A stretch of DNA of 64,000 bases from NCBI GenBank assembly GCA_977020255.1, contig CDROCS010002317.1, forward strand, positions 1 to 64,000, in the 5' to 3' direction. Below are positions 1 to 9,235 of this stretch, one piece after another (positions within the stretch are counted from its first letter, which is position 1; each line of letters opens with the position of its first letter). Source of the DNA: Obrimoposthia wandeli (Eukaryota). Under the pieces are notes generated by a model, which was not told the DNA's origin, did no database searches, and saw only the letters and a program-made list of their open reading frames with translations. The position numbers and the translations under genes were made by a program.

Positions 1-1302
1 TTGGATTCATTCTTAGATAACGGCGTTAAAGTTAAAACCGTTTTGAACGTTTCAAATATCGATCAGCAAACGGCGGGTTCTTCGCGTTTGTTAGAAGACG
101 ATTATAAAAATCATCCAACCCGTAACTACACACCGATCTCTATGCGCAAAGTTGAGTCGGTGCGTATGTCGAGTGCGTTCGAAAAAGAAGTGGGTGCGAG
201 TCTTTATAGTATTACCCCTTACTTCCGCTACAACAGCATGGAGTTATTACCGAACTGGTCGTTGAGCTACGATCCGAATACCTATAAAACTGAAAATAAA
301 TCAGCAGGTTTGATGATGAAATATCGTCAAGATTTTGCCCCAATGCGTACGCGTTTAATTGTCGGTACGGATATTGATTACAGCCCTGGCTCGATGGATC
401 AAAATAAAATCGATGTGACACAAGAAGGCAACGTTTATACGAGTTATACCAAAGCCGAGAAGTTGTATGACTATGACGTGACCTTTTCGTCTATCTCGCC
501 TTATGCGCATTTTGAAACATCGCCTACCGATAAGTTAAGAGTTAACGCAGGTTTACGTTTTGACCACATGCGTTATGACTATGAAAATAACTTAACGACA
601 ATCGATACGGGTAGTCATCGACGCCCTGAAGATACCGATGTTGAGTATCAGCACTTAAGCCCTAAGTTGGGTGCGACGTATGCGATTAATGAACACTTGA
701 ATACTTTCGCATCGTATCGTCATGCGTTTAGAGTACCGTCGCAGGGTCAGTTATTCCGTCAGGGTAAGTCGGCTAATACGGTTGAGCTTGAGCCTGTGAA
801 AGTGGATAACTATGAGATTGGTTTGCGTGGTAACACTGATAGTAAGGTGAATTATGAGATCTCGGTTTATTACATGGTGAAAGAAGACGATATTTTAACC
901 TACACGGATGCTGACAATAATAAAGAAATACAGAATGCAGGTAAGACTTTGCATCAAGGGATCGAAACCGGTTTAACCGCGCCGTTGCATGCTGATTTCG
1001 ATCTTGCAGTTTCGTATGCCTACACTGAATTTACTTATGAAGATTGGCAGCCGAATGCTGGGAATGATTACAGTGGTAATCAAATCGTAGCCGCACCTAG
1101 GGATATTGGTAATGTGGCTGTGGGATATCACCCTAGCCAATTGAATGGTGGTAAGGTGGAATTAGAGTTTGTTCATCTGGGTCAGTATTGGATGGATCAG
1201 GATAATACCCAAACCTATAATGGACACCAGTTATTGAACTTACGTTTTAATTATCCGGTGAGTCCAGAGTTTAAGTTAAGTGCGCGTATTCTGAACTTGT
1301 GA
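1..1302 (+). CDS. TonB-dependent outer-membrane receptor, beta-barrel part (5' end outside window; C-terminus broken near 1300)
   Basis: Alternating beta-strand pattern with typical TBDR motifs (LRVNAGLRFD, LSPKLGATY, NYEIGLRG, LSARILNL). The terminal segment GKPAAFGNAEKFEYAPGMPRTAYV lies at 1343-1414 in another frame. Confidence 0.9.
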   Translation: MDSFLDNGVKVKTVLNVSNIDQQTAGSSRLLEDDYKNHPTRNYTPISMRKVESVRMSSAFEKEVGASLYSITPYFRYNSMELLPNWSLSYDPNTYKTENKSAGLMMKYRQDFAPMRTRLIVGTDIDYSPGSMDQNKIDVTQEGNVYTSYTKAEKLYDYDVTFSSISPYAHFETSPTDKLRVNAGLRFDHMRYDYENNLTTIDTGSHRRPEDTDVEYQHLSPKLGATYAINEHLNTFASYRHAFRVPSQGQLFRQGKSANTVELEPVKVDNYEIGLRGNTDSKVNYEISVYYMVKEDDILTYTDADNNKEIQNAGKTLHQGIETGLTAPLHADFDLAVSYAYTEFTYEDWQPNAGNDYSGNQIVAAPRDIGNVAVGYHPSQLNGGKVELEFVHLGQYWMDQDNTQTYNGHQLLNLRFNYPVSPEFKLSARILNL

Positions 1303-1342
1303 AGACAACAAAAACTCTATGGGCATCAATTTGCTAGCTTAA

Positions 1343-1414
1343 GGTAAACCCGCTGCGTTTGGTAATGCCGAGAAGTTTGAATATGCGCCAGGTATGCCAC
1401 GCACGGCGTATGTG
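1343..1414 (+). pseudogene. Out-of-frame C-terminal fragment of the TonB-dependent receptor
   Basis: Translates to GKPAAFGNAEKFEYAPGMPRTAYV, matching the usual TBDR ending (PG.PR..Y). It is out of frame with ORF 1-1302. Confidence 0.75.
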
Positions 1415-1640
1415 TTCCGTGTTATTCGTTTTGAATTTGATTAATTTGTATATTAGCCAAAAGCACGACCTACATTAGATTAAAATATACCTCTCTTCGC
1501 GAAGCGAATTTGAGCCTAAGCGAGAAGCCTTGGCACGAGGTTGTTGATTTGAGACAGGTTCATGGTTGGGTATTTATTCCGCAAAACGGAGTAAATTACC
1601 CAGCAATGAATCTTTATATTTTGCTTAGAGAGTTATTCAC

Positions 1641-2870
1641 ATGATCAAGTTCGTTTCATTTTTGTTCATCGCTTTGCTGGCTTTCAGTAGTAATGCGATG
1701 CAGCACGGCAGCTCTACTGCTGGAAAAGGTAAAAATGGAACGACGTGCACCATTGCCTCGCTTAAATGTGCCAAGGCTCCGTCTGCGAGCTTTGGCCCTG
1801 ACGGTAAGCTTTGGTTGGCTTGGGTTTTTGCTGGCCATGTTTATGTTCAGCATTCGAGTGACCAAGGCAAAACCTATTCTGCCCCTTCTATTGTGAATCG
1901 TGCTCCTGAAAAAATTGCCGCCCGCGCAGAAAACCGCGCAAAGATTCAGTTGGATAATGCCGGCAACATTTATATCTCGTGGACCCAGTCTTTAAATAAA
2001 CTCTATACCGGTAATATCCGTTTTAGTCGTTCAGTTGATGGTGGGCAAAGTTTCAGCCAGCCAATAACCGTAAATGATGATCGACAAGAAATCAGCCATC
2101 GCTTTGATTCCATGGTGGTGAGTGATGACGGTAAGGTTTTCATCAGCTGGTTGGATAAACGCGATCAGCAAGCTGCAAAAGAAAAGCAGCAGGAATATAT
2201 TGGCGGTGCTTTGTATTACAGTTATTCCGCTGACCAAGGTCAGTCGTTCAGCAAGAACATGAACCTGTCGGATAACTCTTGTGTGTGTTGTCGTATCGCG
2301 ATGGCGTTAGATAACAACAATTTACCGGTGATCGCTTGGCGTGATATTTATGGCAATGATGCTAACAATCAAATTCGAGATCATAGCTTAATAACCTTCA
2401 GCTCTGCCTTGAAACCTGCGAAGAAAATACGCTTGAGCAACGAGCAGTGGAAAATTAATGGTTGCCCGCATCACGGCCCCGCATTGGATGTTGATGGTAA
2501 TAATGTTGTTCATTCAACTTGGTTTAACGACACTGATGGTGAGCATGTATTGTTTTACGGAAACAGTTCAAACGATTATAAAGCGATGGGTTTTGGCCAA
2601 GCGGATATGCAGTCTGCGCATCCTTATGTTGCTACTATGGGACAAATCGTATTTTTAGTATGGAAAGAATTTGATGGTAAGAAAACCGATATCTTAATGA
2701 AGACTTCGAAAGATGCTGGCATCAGCTGGAGCCAGAATACAGTGGTTAGTACTACGGCAGGTTCTTCAGACCATCCTTTGTTAGTTAAGAATTCAAACGC
2801 TGTGTATTTGAGCTGGCATACTCAGGATGAAGGCTATCGTTTCAGTGCACTTGCGGCAGAAACTAAATGA
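1641..2870 (+). CDS. Secreted BNR/Asp-box (sialidase-fold) beta-propeller protein
   Basis: Signal peptide, four Asp-boxes (SSDQGKTYS, SVDGGQSFS, SADQGQSFS, SKDAGISWS), and CVCC and GCPHHGP motifs. Confidence 0.85.
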   Translation: MIKFVSFLFIALLAFSSNAMQHGSSTAGKGKNGTTCTIASLKCAKAPSASFGPDGKLWLAWVFAGHVYVQHSSDQGKTYSAPSIVNRAPEKIAARAENRAKIQLDNAGNIYISWTQSLNKLYTGNIRFSRSVDGGQSFSQPITVNDDRQEISHRFDSMVVSDDGKVFISWLDKRDQQAAKEKQQEYIGGALYYSYSADQGQSFSKNMNLSDNSCVCCRIAMALDNNNLPVIAWRDIYGNDANNQIRDHSLITFSSALKPAKKIRLSNEQWKINGCPHHGPALDVDGNNVVHSTWFNDTDGEHVLFYGNSSNDYKAMGFGQADMQSAHPYVATMGQIVFLVWKEFDGKKTDILMKTSKDAGISWSQNTVVSTTAGSSDHPLLVKNSNAVYLSWHTQDEGYRFSALAAETK

Positions 2871-3373
2871 ACCTATTGTCTTATTGGTTTATTAGCGCAC
2901 TTTTACTAGCGACAAATATTGCGCAAGCCAGCTCTTCTGATAGCTCGGCGGTGAGTTCTGGCATTAGCTTACAGACGTTCGATATTGGTAGCTTTGAACA
3001 GATCGTTACCGATAAAAATAAGCAAGATCACCTCGTAATACTGTGGTCGTTTGATTGCCCACCTTGCATAACAGAACTCGAGAAAATATCTGAGCTTCAT
3101 CAGCAATTTCCTGCTTATCAATTAACACTGATTAATACCGATGCGGTGGATGAACAGGTACGCGTGAAGAAAATTTTACAGCAGTTTAATTTAGCCGGGT
3201 TAGATAACTGGGGCTTTGCCCATAGCGACGAAGAGAAGCTGCGCTATGACATTGATCCACGCTGGTATGGCGATCTGCCTAGAAGTTACTTCTTTCCTAT
3301 GCAAGGTAAAATCAAACGTCTACGCGGCGCGCTGACCTCTGCTGAATTACTGAAGCTCTTTCAGCCAAGCTAG
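2867..3373 (+). CDS. Exported TlpA-like thioredoxin-fold protein
   Basis: Signal peptide and WSFDCPPC (CxxC). Overlaps the upstream stop by 4 nt (ATGA), implying translational coupling. Confidence 0.85.
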   Translation: MNLLSYWFISALLLATNIAQASSSDSSAVSSGISLQTFDIGSFEQIVTDKNKQDHLVILWSFDCPPCITELEKISELHQQFPAYQLTLINTDAVDEQVRVKKILQQFNLAGLDNWGFAHSDEEKLRYDIDPRWYGDLPRSYFFPMQGKIKRLRGALTSAELLKLFQPS

Positions 3374-3472
3374 ATTAGTCGTTCTTATTCTATTCTTTCT
3401 CTAGTTTTTGACTCAGATTAATTCTTTTATCAGTACTCAGATTATAATTAGATTTTTCTTGAGAATTTGATC

Positions 3473-4807
3473 ATGGCACGATTTGAGAAACAGCTGAAAC
3501 AGCTAGAAGAAGATGGCTTTGACGCGATCATTCGATTGTTTCGACGCCAGCTCTGGGCTCAAATTCTATTGGCCTTAGCACTCGGTATAATCGTTGGCAG
3601 CTGGATATCGCCTGAAGGCGGCCAAGCGTTTGAAGCTGCAACCGCTTATCGAGTTGCCGAGTGGCTGAAGTTACCGGGCACCGTTTTCCTAAATCTAATT
3701 CAAATGGTCGTTATTCCCTTGGTGATTACTTCTATCATGCTGGGTGTGGGTGGCTCAGGTGATAGCAGTACGTTGAAAGATGTCGGCCTTCGCATTGCCC
3801 CTTATTTTGTCATCACCACAACGATTGCTGTCACCATCGGTATCACTCTCGCATTACTGCTAAAACCAGGCCTATACGTTGATGTAACCGCTTTTGATCT
3901 TTCTTCGATGGCAGTGCCTAGTAGCATTAGCGAATCATCGACGACTTCGATACCCGAGCGTATCAGCCAGCTTATTCCTACCAACCTGACCCAAGCTCAA
4001 ATGGATCAGAGCATGCTGCAGCTGGTCATCTATTCCATCATTATGGGGTTGGCGTTAACCAGCGTATCTGCATCACGGGCCAGTGTTTTGCGTCAAGTGA
4101 TTGAAGGCATTCAAGAAGTCTCAATGAAGGTCGTAAACTGGACCATGCTACTCGCGCCTTACGCGGTATTTGGTTTGATTGCTGATATTTCTATTCGGGT
4201 CGGCTTCGATGTTCTGTTGGGCATGTCTGCTTACGTCGGTACGGTTCTGCTCGGTTTGTTTCTGCTGTTTGTGTTTTATATGCTTATTGTAGGATTGGTT
4301 GCGCGCAAAAATGTGTGGCAGTTTATGCGGGTTATTCGACCTGCCCAGCTATTGGCTTTCTCAACGTCCAGCTCCGCCGCCGTGATGCCGTTATCATTGC
4401 AAACCGCGATACATGAATTAGAGGTCGATGAGTCGACTGCGCGTTTCGTTATTCCCTTAGGGGCGACCGTCAACATGGATGGCACCGCGATATATCAGGT
4501 GATTGCGGCCGTATTTTTAGCCCAAGTGTTTGCCATTGATATTTCGATGAATGAAATCATCTTGCTCGCAGTAACTACCGTCGGCGCGTCGATCGGTTCG
4601 CCTTCAACACCGGGTGTGGGTATTGTGATTTTAGCGACGGTTTTGACCAGCGTTGGTATTCCTGCAGAAGGGATTGCGTTAATACTGGGTGTCGATCGGA
4701 TCTTGGATATGTGCCGGACATCGGTGAACGTGACCGGAGATTTAGTCGCCGCAACCGTTATGCAGAAGTGGCTGGGCTCTAAGAACGATTCAAAGAAGCA
4801 AGGTTAG
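3473..4807 (+). CDS. Dicarboxylate/amino acid:cation symporter (DAACS/GltP family)
   Basis: AFSTSSSAAVMP, PLGATVNMDGTA and GVDRILDMCRTSVNVTGD motifs; multiple TM helices. ATG at 3473 chosen over TTG at 3467. Confidence 0.93.
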   Translation: MARFEKQLKQLEEDGFDAIIRLFRRQLWAQILLALALGIIVGSWISPEGGQAFEAATAYRVAEWLKLPGTVFLNLIQMVVIPLVITSIMLGVGGSGDSSTLKDVGLRIAPYFVITTTIAVTIGITLALLLKPGLYVDVTAFDLSSMAVPSSISESSTTSIPERISQLIPTNLTQAQMDQSMLQLVIYSIIMGLALTSVSASRASVLRQVIEGIQEVSMKVVNWTMLLAPYAVFGLIADISIRVGFDVLLGMSAYVGTVLLGLFLLFVFYMLIVGLVARKNVWQFMRVIRPAQLLAFSTSSSAAVMPLSLQTAIHELEVDESTARFVIPLGATVNMDGTAIYQVIAAVFLAQVFAIDISMNEIILLAVTTVGASIGSPSTPGVGIVILATVLTSVGIPAEGIALILGVDRILDMCRTSVNVTGDLVAATVMQKWLGSKNDSKKQG

Positions 4808-4996
4808 GATCCATCATCGGTTTCAAGACGACGTTTTACTAAGAGAGCATTGAATATCCCTCAACGTCGGCATTCCGAACTAGACTACAGTTATATTGTC
4901 ATTCTAGAGAGGGGTCAAAATATTGATGATGTTCGAATGTTGTAGGTATCGAAATCAGACGGTTGCGTTTGATTTTGGCCTTTTGGAGCAGCACCC

Positions 4997-5238
4997 ATGA
5001 GGTGTATTTATTGTGAGAAAGCCGTCTTTGGGCATGAGGGTTTACTGTTCCTAGCGAGGGTGCTGCGCATCAGAATTGCTTTCAAGCGAATCAAGCCTTA
5101 AAGCGAACCTTTCAAAGTTTAGAAATTACAGCGCTAAACGATAAAGAGCTACAAGAGTTAAAAGAGCTTATTCTTGCTGAAGAAAACTCGAGAAGTCGGG
5201 AGGAAGAGGAGGAGGATGATGGTGTTGAGTTGTTTTAA
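4997..5238 (+). pseudogene. Small Cys/His protein, DUF2175-like, with a 1-nt frameshift near 5042 (not in the ORF track)
   Basis: MRCIYCEKAVFGHEG, then after a one-base shift TVPSEGAAHQNCFQANQALKRTFQSLEITALNDKELQELKELILAEENSRSREEEEEDDGVELF*. The span is 242 nt, one short of 81 codons. Family name is from recall of similar gammaproteobacterial proteins. Confidence 0.7.
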
Positions 5239-5261
5239 AGCGCTGAGAGGACCTCAGCGCT
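5239..5261. terminator. Hairpin between convergent genes
   Basis: AGCGCTGAG-aggac-CTCAGCGCT, a perfect 9-bp stem; U-tract is weak. Confidence 0.5.
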
Positions 5262-5290
5262 ATAGTGACTAGCATTCAATTAGCTATACA

Positions 5291-6909
5291 TTAGCTTAAC
5301 TTCTTACCCGTTAGCTTCTCAGCCAAGCCCGTCGCTAAGCGACACGCCATACCATAGATAGAAAGCTGTGGGTTTGCACCAATACTGGTTGGGAAAACCG
5401 AACCATCAATAACGTATAAGTTATCTAGATAGTGATATTTACCATCGCTACCAACCACGCAACGATCTAAGTTTTCACCCATCGTCATGCCACCCATTAC
5501 GTGAGCACTGCCCACTAATGCACGGCTGGCACTGTAATCGAGTTGATTGATGGCCGCTTTGGAATCTTCCCAAGACGTTTCCCACTTCGCTTCGGTATGC
5601 GCGGGTCGAACCGCTTTTGCACCGGCAGCGAATTGCAATTCAGACATCGTTAAGTGAGTGCGCTTCACGCCTTCCCAAAGATAATCGTTGATTGGGTAAT
5701 CGATGATCGGCGAGCCGTCGCTCGCTAATTCGATAGAGCCACCTTCGCTTTCATCGTGAAAGCCATCGCGTAGTAAAGAAATCATGGAGTTCAGGTTGGG
5801 CAGCTTATTAAGCTCCTCAAATTGTTCTTCACCATGACCCATCAATAATACCGATGTTAATCCAGGGTGCAGTGGTGGTACTTCCAGCTTGTAACCGACT
5901 GGACCGCTTACGCTGTCCCACTGAAAGTGATCGGAATAAAGCGACTGAGGCGCACCGTAATAGGCATTAATGTCTTGTTCAAATGACGCAAACGAGAACG
6001 TTGTGGGGTGGAAAAAGGTACGCTTGCCGATAAGGCCTTTCGGATCAGGAGCACCTGAGCGCAACATCATCGCTGGGCCATTGATACCGCCAGCCGCTAA
6101 TACAACGGTGGTCGCTTTAACGGTTAGCTTCACTCCCGTTGGACGATAACCTTTATCCAGCGCAGTCACTTCAATGCCCGTTACTTTGTCATTGTCCATG
6201 ATCAGGCGTTCGGCGCGCGCGCTGTACAATAGCTGGCTACCTTCATCCATTGCGCTTGGAATGGTCGTCACAAGCATTGATTGCTTAGCGTTGGTTGGGC
6301 AACCCATTCCGCAAAAACCCAAGTCCCAGCAGCCCTTAACGTTACGTGGAATAACCTTCCAAGGGATACCTAGTTCATCTGCCCCTCGACTTAATACCGC
6401 ATTGTTCTCGTTAGCGGGAAATGCCCAAATAGCGATATTTAAGCGCTCTTCCATTTTATCGAACCAAGGCGCCATCTCTTCTTTAGAAGCGCCTTGGGTG
6501 TCAAAATTATCAGCCCAATATTGCAACGTCTGCTCTGGCGTGCGGAAGCTGGAAGTCCAGTTAATTACTGTTGTACCCCCAACGCAGCGACCTTGCAGAA
6601 TCGACATACTGCCATCTTTATTCATGCGGCCGGCATTTTCTTGGCAAATCTTTGAAGTACGCTTATGTCCATTTTCGGTAACCGTTGAGCTTTTACCCGG
6701 CCTTCAATCAAAATAACTTTTAATCCCGCTTTGGCCAAAATCTCTGCGGTTGTGCCGCCCCCAGCGCCCGTGCCAATAATGGCAACATCGGCTTCTAGCG
6801 TGGCGGATTCTGTATAATCACCCGCATCGAGCGTTATCCAGCCATTACTGATGCCTTCTAAGATAGGATCAGTAATACCGCGAACTTCTTCATAAACTTT
6901 CTTAGCCAT
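5291..6909 (-). CDS. laoA: GMC-family flavin oxidoreductase, LaoA-like long-chain alcohol dehydrogenase; split by indels at about 6630-6705
   Basis: ORF 6622-6909 carries the FAD motif IIGTGAGGG. ORF 5291-6625 carries GRCVGGTTVINW, AHVMGG and DGSVFPTSIGANPQ. The bridging QENAGRMNKDG can be read across frames. Position matches P. aeruginosa PA0364. Confidence 0.85.
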
Positions 6910-6914
6910 TAGCT

Positions 6915-7495
6915 ATTCTCCGTCTTAATAGCAACAGGTGGTGTATGGATTGGTGACCTAGTAGCCAGTACTTTCATAAACGACTCCGGCTGAAGGCTAC
7001 CAGCGTTACTGATCAATTCCGGTTATTCATGCCGACATATTTATCTTCGCTTGGGTGGAATAATACTATCGCGCCAGCTGATTAAGAAATCATTGATTTC
7101 TTTATCTGACATGTCTTTCCATGAAGCCCAAGGAGCCCCCGCTAGAATACGAATTGCGGGTACTGACATGGCATCAAATAGCTGACGCATTTGATTTTGA
7201 TTGTGGTATTGCAAGGTATAGATCAAGCTATCCAGTGCTAATAGCGTGCGCTTAATCGCGGCGTCATGGCTCAATTCACCTGGGAAGCTTTTGTTTGCAA
7301 CAACAGGAATGAGAGCGGCAAGAAACTCTCTATCATGGGCTTGTAGAAATTTATATTCTGAATTCTGTTCTAGCGAGATGAGCACTCAAGTTAGTGTTGT
7401 ACCTGGCACTGCCTAAGGCAAGTTGTTAAAATTCATCATTGTAAAAGCCGCGGAAGTGAGTTGTGGGCAGTGTTTTTTCGAATGATGGCATCATC
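6915..7495 (-). pseudogene. laoB: LaoB-like accessory protein; only the middle (7041-7385) is open, both ends damaged; limits approximate
   Basis: Core (FLQAHDREFLAALIP, QMRQLFDAM, FLISWRDS) resembles the PA0365-type protein. Out-of-frame remnants of an RGF-type Tat motif and a lipobox-like segment lie upstream. Sits between laoC and laoA. Confidence 0.6.
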
Positions 7496-7521
7496 TAGCT
7501 CTCGGAATCACTTATTATAAA

Positions 7522-7558
7522 TGACCTCAGGGACCTTGATTTAAAGGTCTCTGGGTCA
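7522..7558. repeat. Intercistronic hairpin between laoC and laoB
   Basis: TGACCtCAGgGACCTT ... AAGGTCtCTGGGTCA near-perfect inverted repeat. Confidence 0.6.
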
Positions 7559-7584
7559 GTAAGTCGTTAGTAGGAAAAATTTGA

Positions 7585-9027
7585 TTAACGAATAAAGAAG
7601 GTATAAATCATCTTACGAATAGAGTTGTCGTAAGGAGGGTACGCTAGGTTACCCGTCGATAAGCGACCCTTGCGATGCACGGCTTTCGCTTTCGAGAAAG
7701 TAATAAAGCCTTCTTGGCCGTGATAATGGCCCATACCTGAATCACCAACGCCACCAAACGGCATATCTTCTTGAGCAAGATGCATCAAGGTATCGTTAAC
7801 GCAAACGCCACCGGAGTGAGTATTGTTAAGCACGTAGTCTTGTTCGGACGTATCATAGCCAAAGTAGTACAAGGCTAAAGGACGAGGGCGGTTATTAATA
7901 TAAGCGATGGCTTCATCCATAGAGTCATAGCTGATGATCGGTAAAATTGGACCGAATATCTCTTCTTCAGCAACGATCATATCTGCTTTCATACCCTGAA
8001 CTAAAACAGGGGCTAATTTACGACCCGACGATAAATCTTCTTTCGCTGGGTTAATCTCTGTTAGCTTCGCACCTTTGTCTTTGGCATCTTGCACCCAGCT
8101 AGACAGACGCTGATATTGGCGGTCGTTAACGATCGCCGTGTAATCATTATTGTCTTTCAGGCTTGGATACATCTTGCTGAAGGCCGCAACATAGGCAGTA
8201 ACGAATTCTTCTTCTTTCGCTTTAGGAACTAAAATGTAATCGGGAGCAACACAGGTTTGGCCTGCGTTCATCGACTTGCCGAAACAAATACTTTCCGCCG
8301 CATTCTTCATCGGTACGTGATTGGATACGATCGTTGGTGACTTACCACCCAGCTCTAAGGTGACTGGCGTTAAGTTCTTCGCGGCGGCGGCCATTACATG
8401 GCGGCCAACAGCAGTAGAGCCGGTAAATAAAATATGATCAAAAGGCTGTGCGGTAAAGGCCATTGCAACATCGGCTTCGCCTTCGATGACGCAAACGCGA
8501 TTCTCATCGAATATTTCAGCCAGCATGGCTTTAAAGACTTTATTCACATTCGGGGTGAATTCCGACATCTTGATCATTGCGCGGTTACCGGCAGACAATG
8601 CGCCTACTAAAGGGCCAATCGCCAAGAAAATAGGGTAGTTCCACGGTACGATGATACCGACGATGCCTAGTGGCTGATAACGGACTTCATTTTTAGCCGG
8701 TGCGAATAACATGCCGACGCTACGCTTGCTGGGCTTCATCCATTTTCGGGTGTTCTTAATAGCGTTATTGATGCCTTCAATACTGGTCAGAATCTCAGCA
8801 ATTAAGGTTTCATCTTTCGAACGACAGCTAAAGTCTTCATTTACCGCAGCCGCAAGCTGATCTTGGTACTTTAAAGTCACATCTTTTAGCGCTTTTAAAT
8901 GGCTAATACGCTGGTCAGCCGTTGGCATAAGCGTCTTACCATAGGCACTTTTTTGACGGCTAAATAGCTCTTTTAAACGAATGATTTCAGTGTCTAAAGT
9001 AGTGACTTCTGCGGTATTGGCACCCAT
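7585..9027 (-). CDS. laoC: Coniferyl-aldehyde dehydrogenase-family aldehyde dehydrogenase (LaoC-like)
   Basis: PWNYP, FTGSTAVG, LELGGKSP, AGQTCVAPDY, EEIFGPILP and PFGGVGDSGMG motifs. Confidence 0.93.
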   Translation of the reverse strand: MGANTAEVTTLDTEIIRLKELFSRQKSAYGKTLMPTADQRISHLKALKDVTLKYQDQLAAAVNEDFSCRSKDETLIAEILTSIEGINNAIKNTRKWMKPSKRSVGMLFAPAKNEVRYQPLGIVGIIVPWNYPIFLAIGPLVGALSAGNRAMIKMSEFTPNVNKVFKAMLAEIFDENRVCVIEGEADVAMAFTAQPFDHILFTGSTAVGRHVMAAAAKNLTPVTLELGGKSPTIVSNHVPMKNAAESICFGKSMNAGQTCVAPDYILVPKAKEEEFVTAYVAAFSKMYPSLKDNNDYTAIVNDRQYQRLSSWVQDAKDKGAKLTEINPAKEDLSSGRKLAPVLVQGMKADMIVAEEEIFGPILPIISYDSMDEAIAYINNRPRPLALYYFGYDTSEQDYVLNNTHSGGVCVNDTLMHLAQEDMPFGGVGDSGMGHYHGQEGFITFSKAKAVHRKGRLSTGNLAYPPYDNSIRKMIYTFFIR

Positions 9028-9083
9028 GATGAGTCTCCGAAATAAAGATTGTGAGATTGGTAAGTAATTATTCTTCCGACATT

Positions 9084-9103
9084 ATTAGAGTGATTGCTCT
9101 AAT
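9084..9103. promoter_or_regulatory. Palindromic operator (candidate LaoR site) inside the laoC sigma70 promoter
   Basis: ATTAGAG-tgattg-CTCTAAT. On the minus strand TTGACA (9105-9110) precedes it and an AATAAT -10-like hexamer follows it. Confidence 0.65.
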
Positions 9104-9235
9104 CTGTCAATAGTAACGTCCATATATAGGTATTTTGGTTTATACAATAGGTTTATCAATCAGGTATCAAAATTAGGTATATAATGTTGCAAGCCCGTAA
9201 TATGGCGGCCTGACGCATAGGAAGTGTACAACTGA

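Noticed and set aside
1490-1545. Third copy of the ppk1-hemB palindromic element (GCGAAGCG motif)
   Set aside because: Only an 8-nt match; no core or terminal IR, and the region adjoins a damaged patch.
1530-1550. sigma54 promoter (TGGCAC) upstream of the BNR gene
   Set aside because: The -12 TTGC element is missing (TGTTG instead).
6174-6716. 180-aa plus-strand ORF and the other short antisense ORFs in the track (e.g. 22059-22445, 23465-23854, 34630-35040, 60205-60567, 61956-62309, 62458-62760)
   Set aside because: They are shadows of well-supported genes on the opposite strand or frame, with no motifs or SD evidence.
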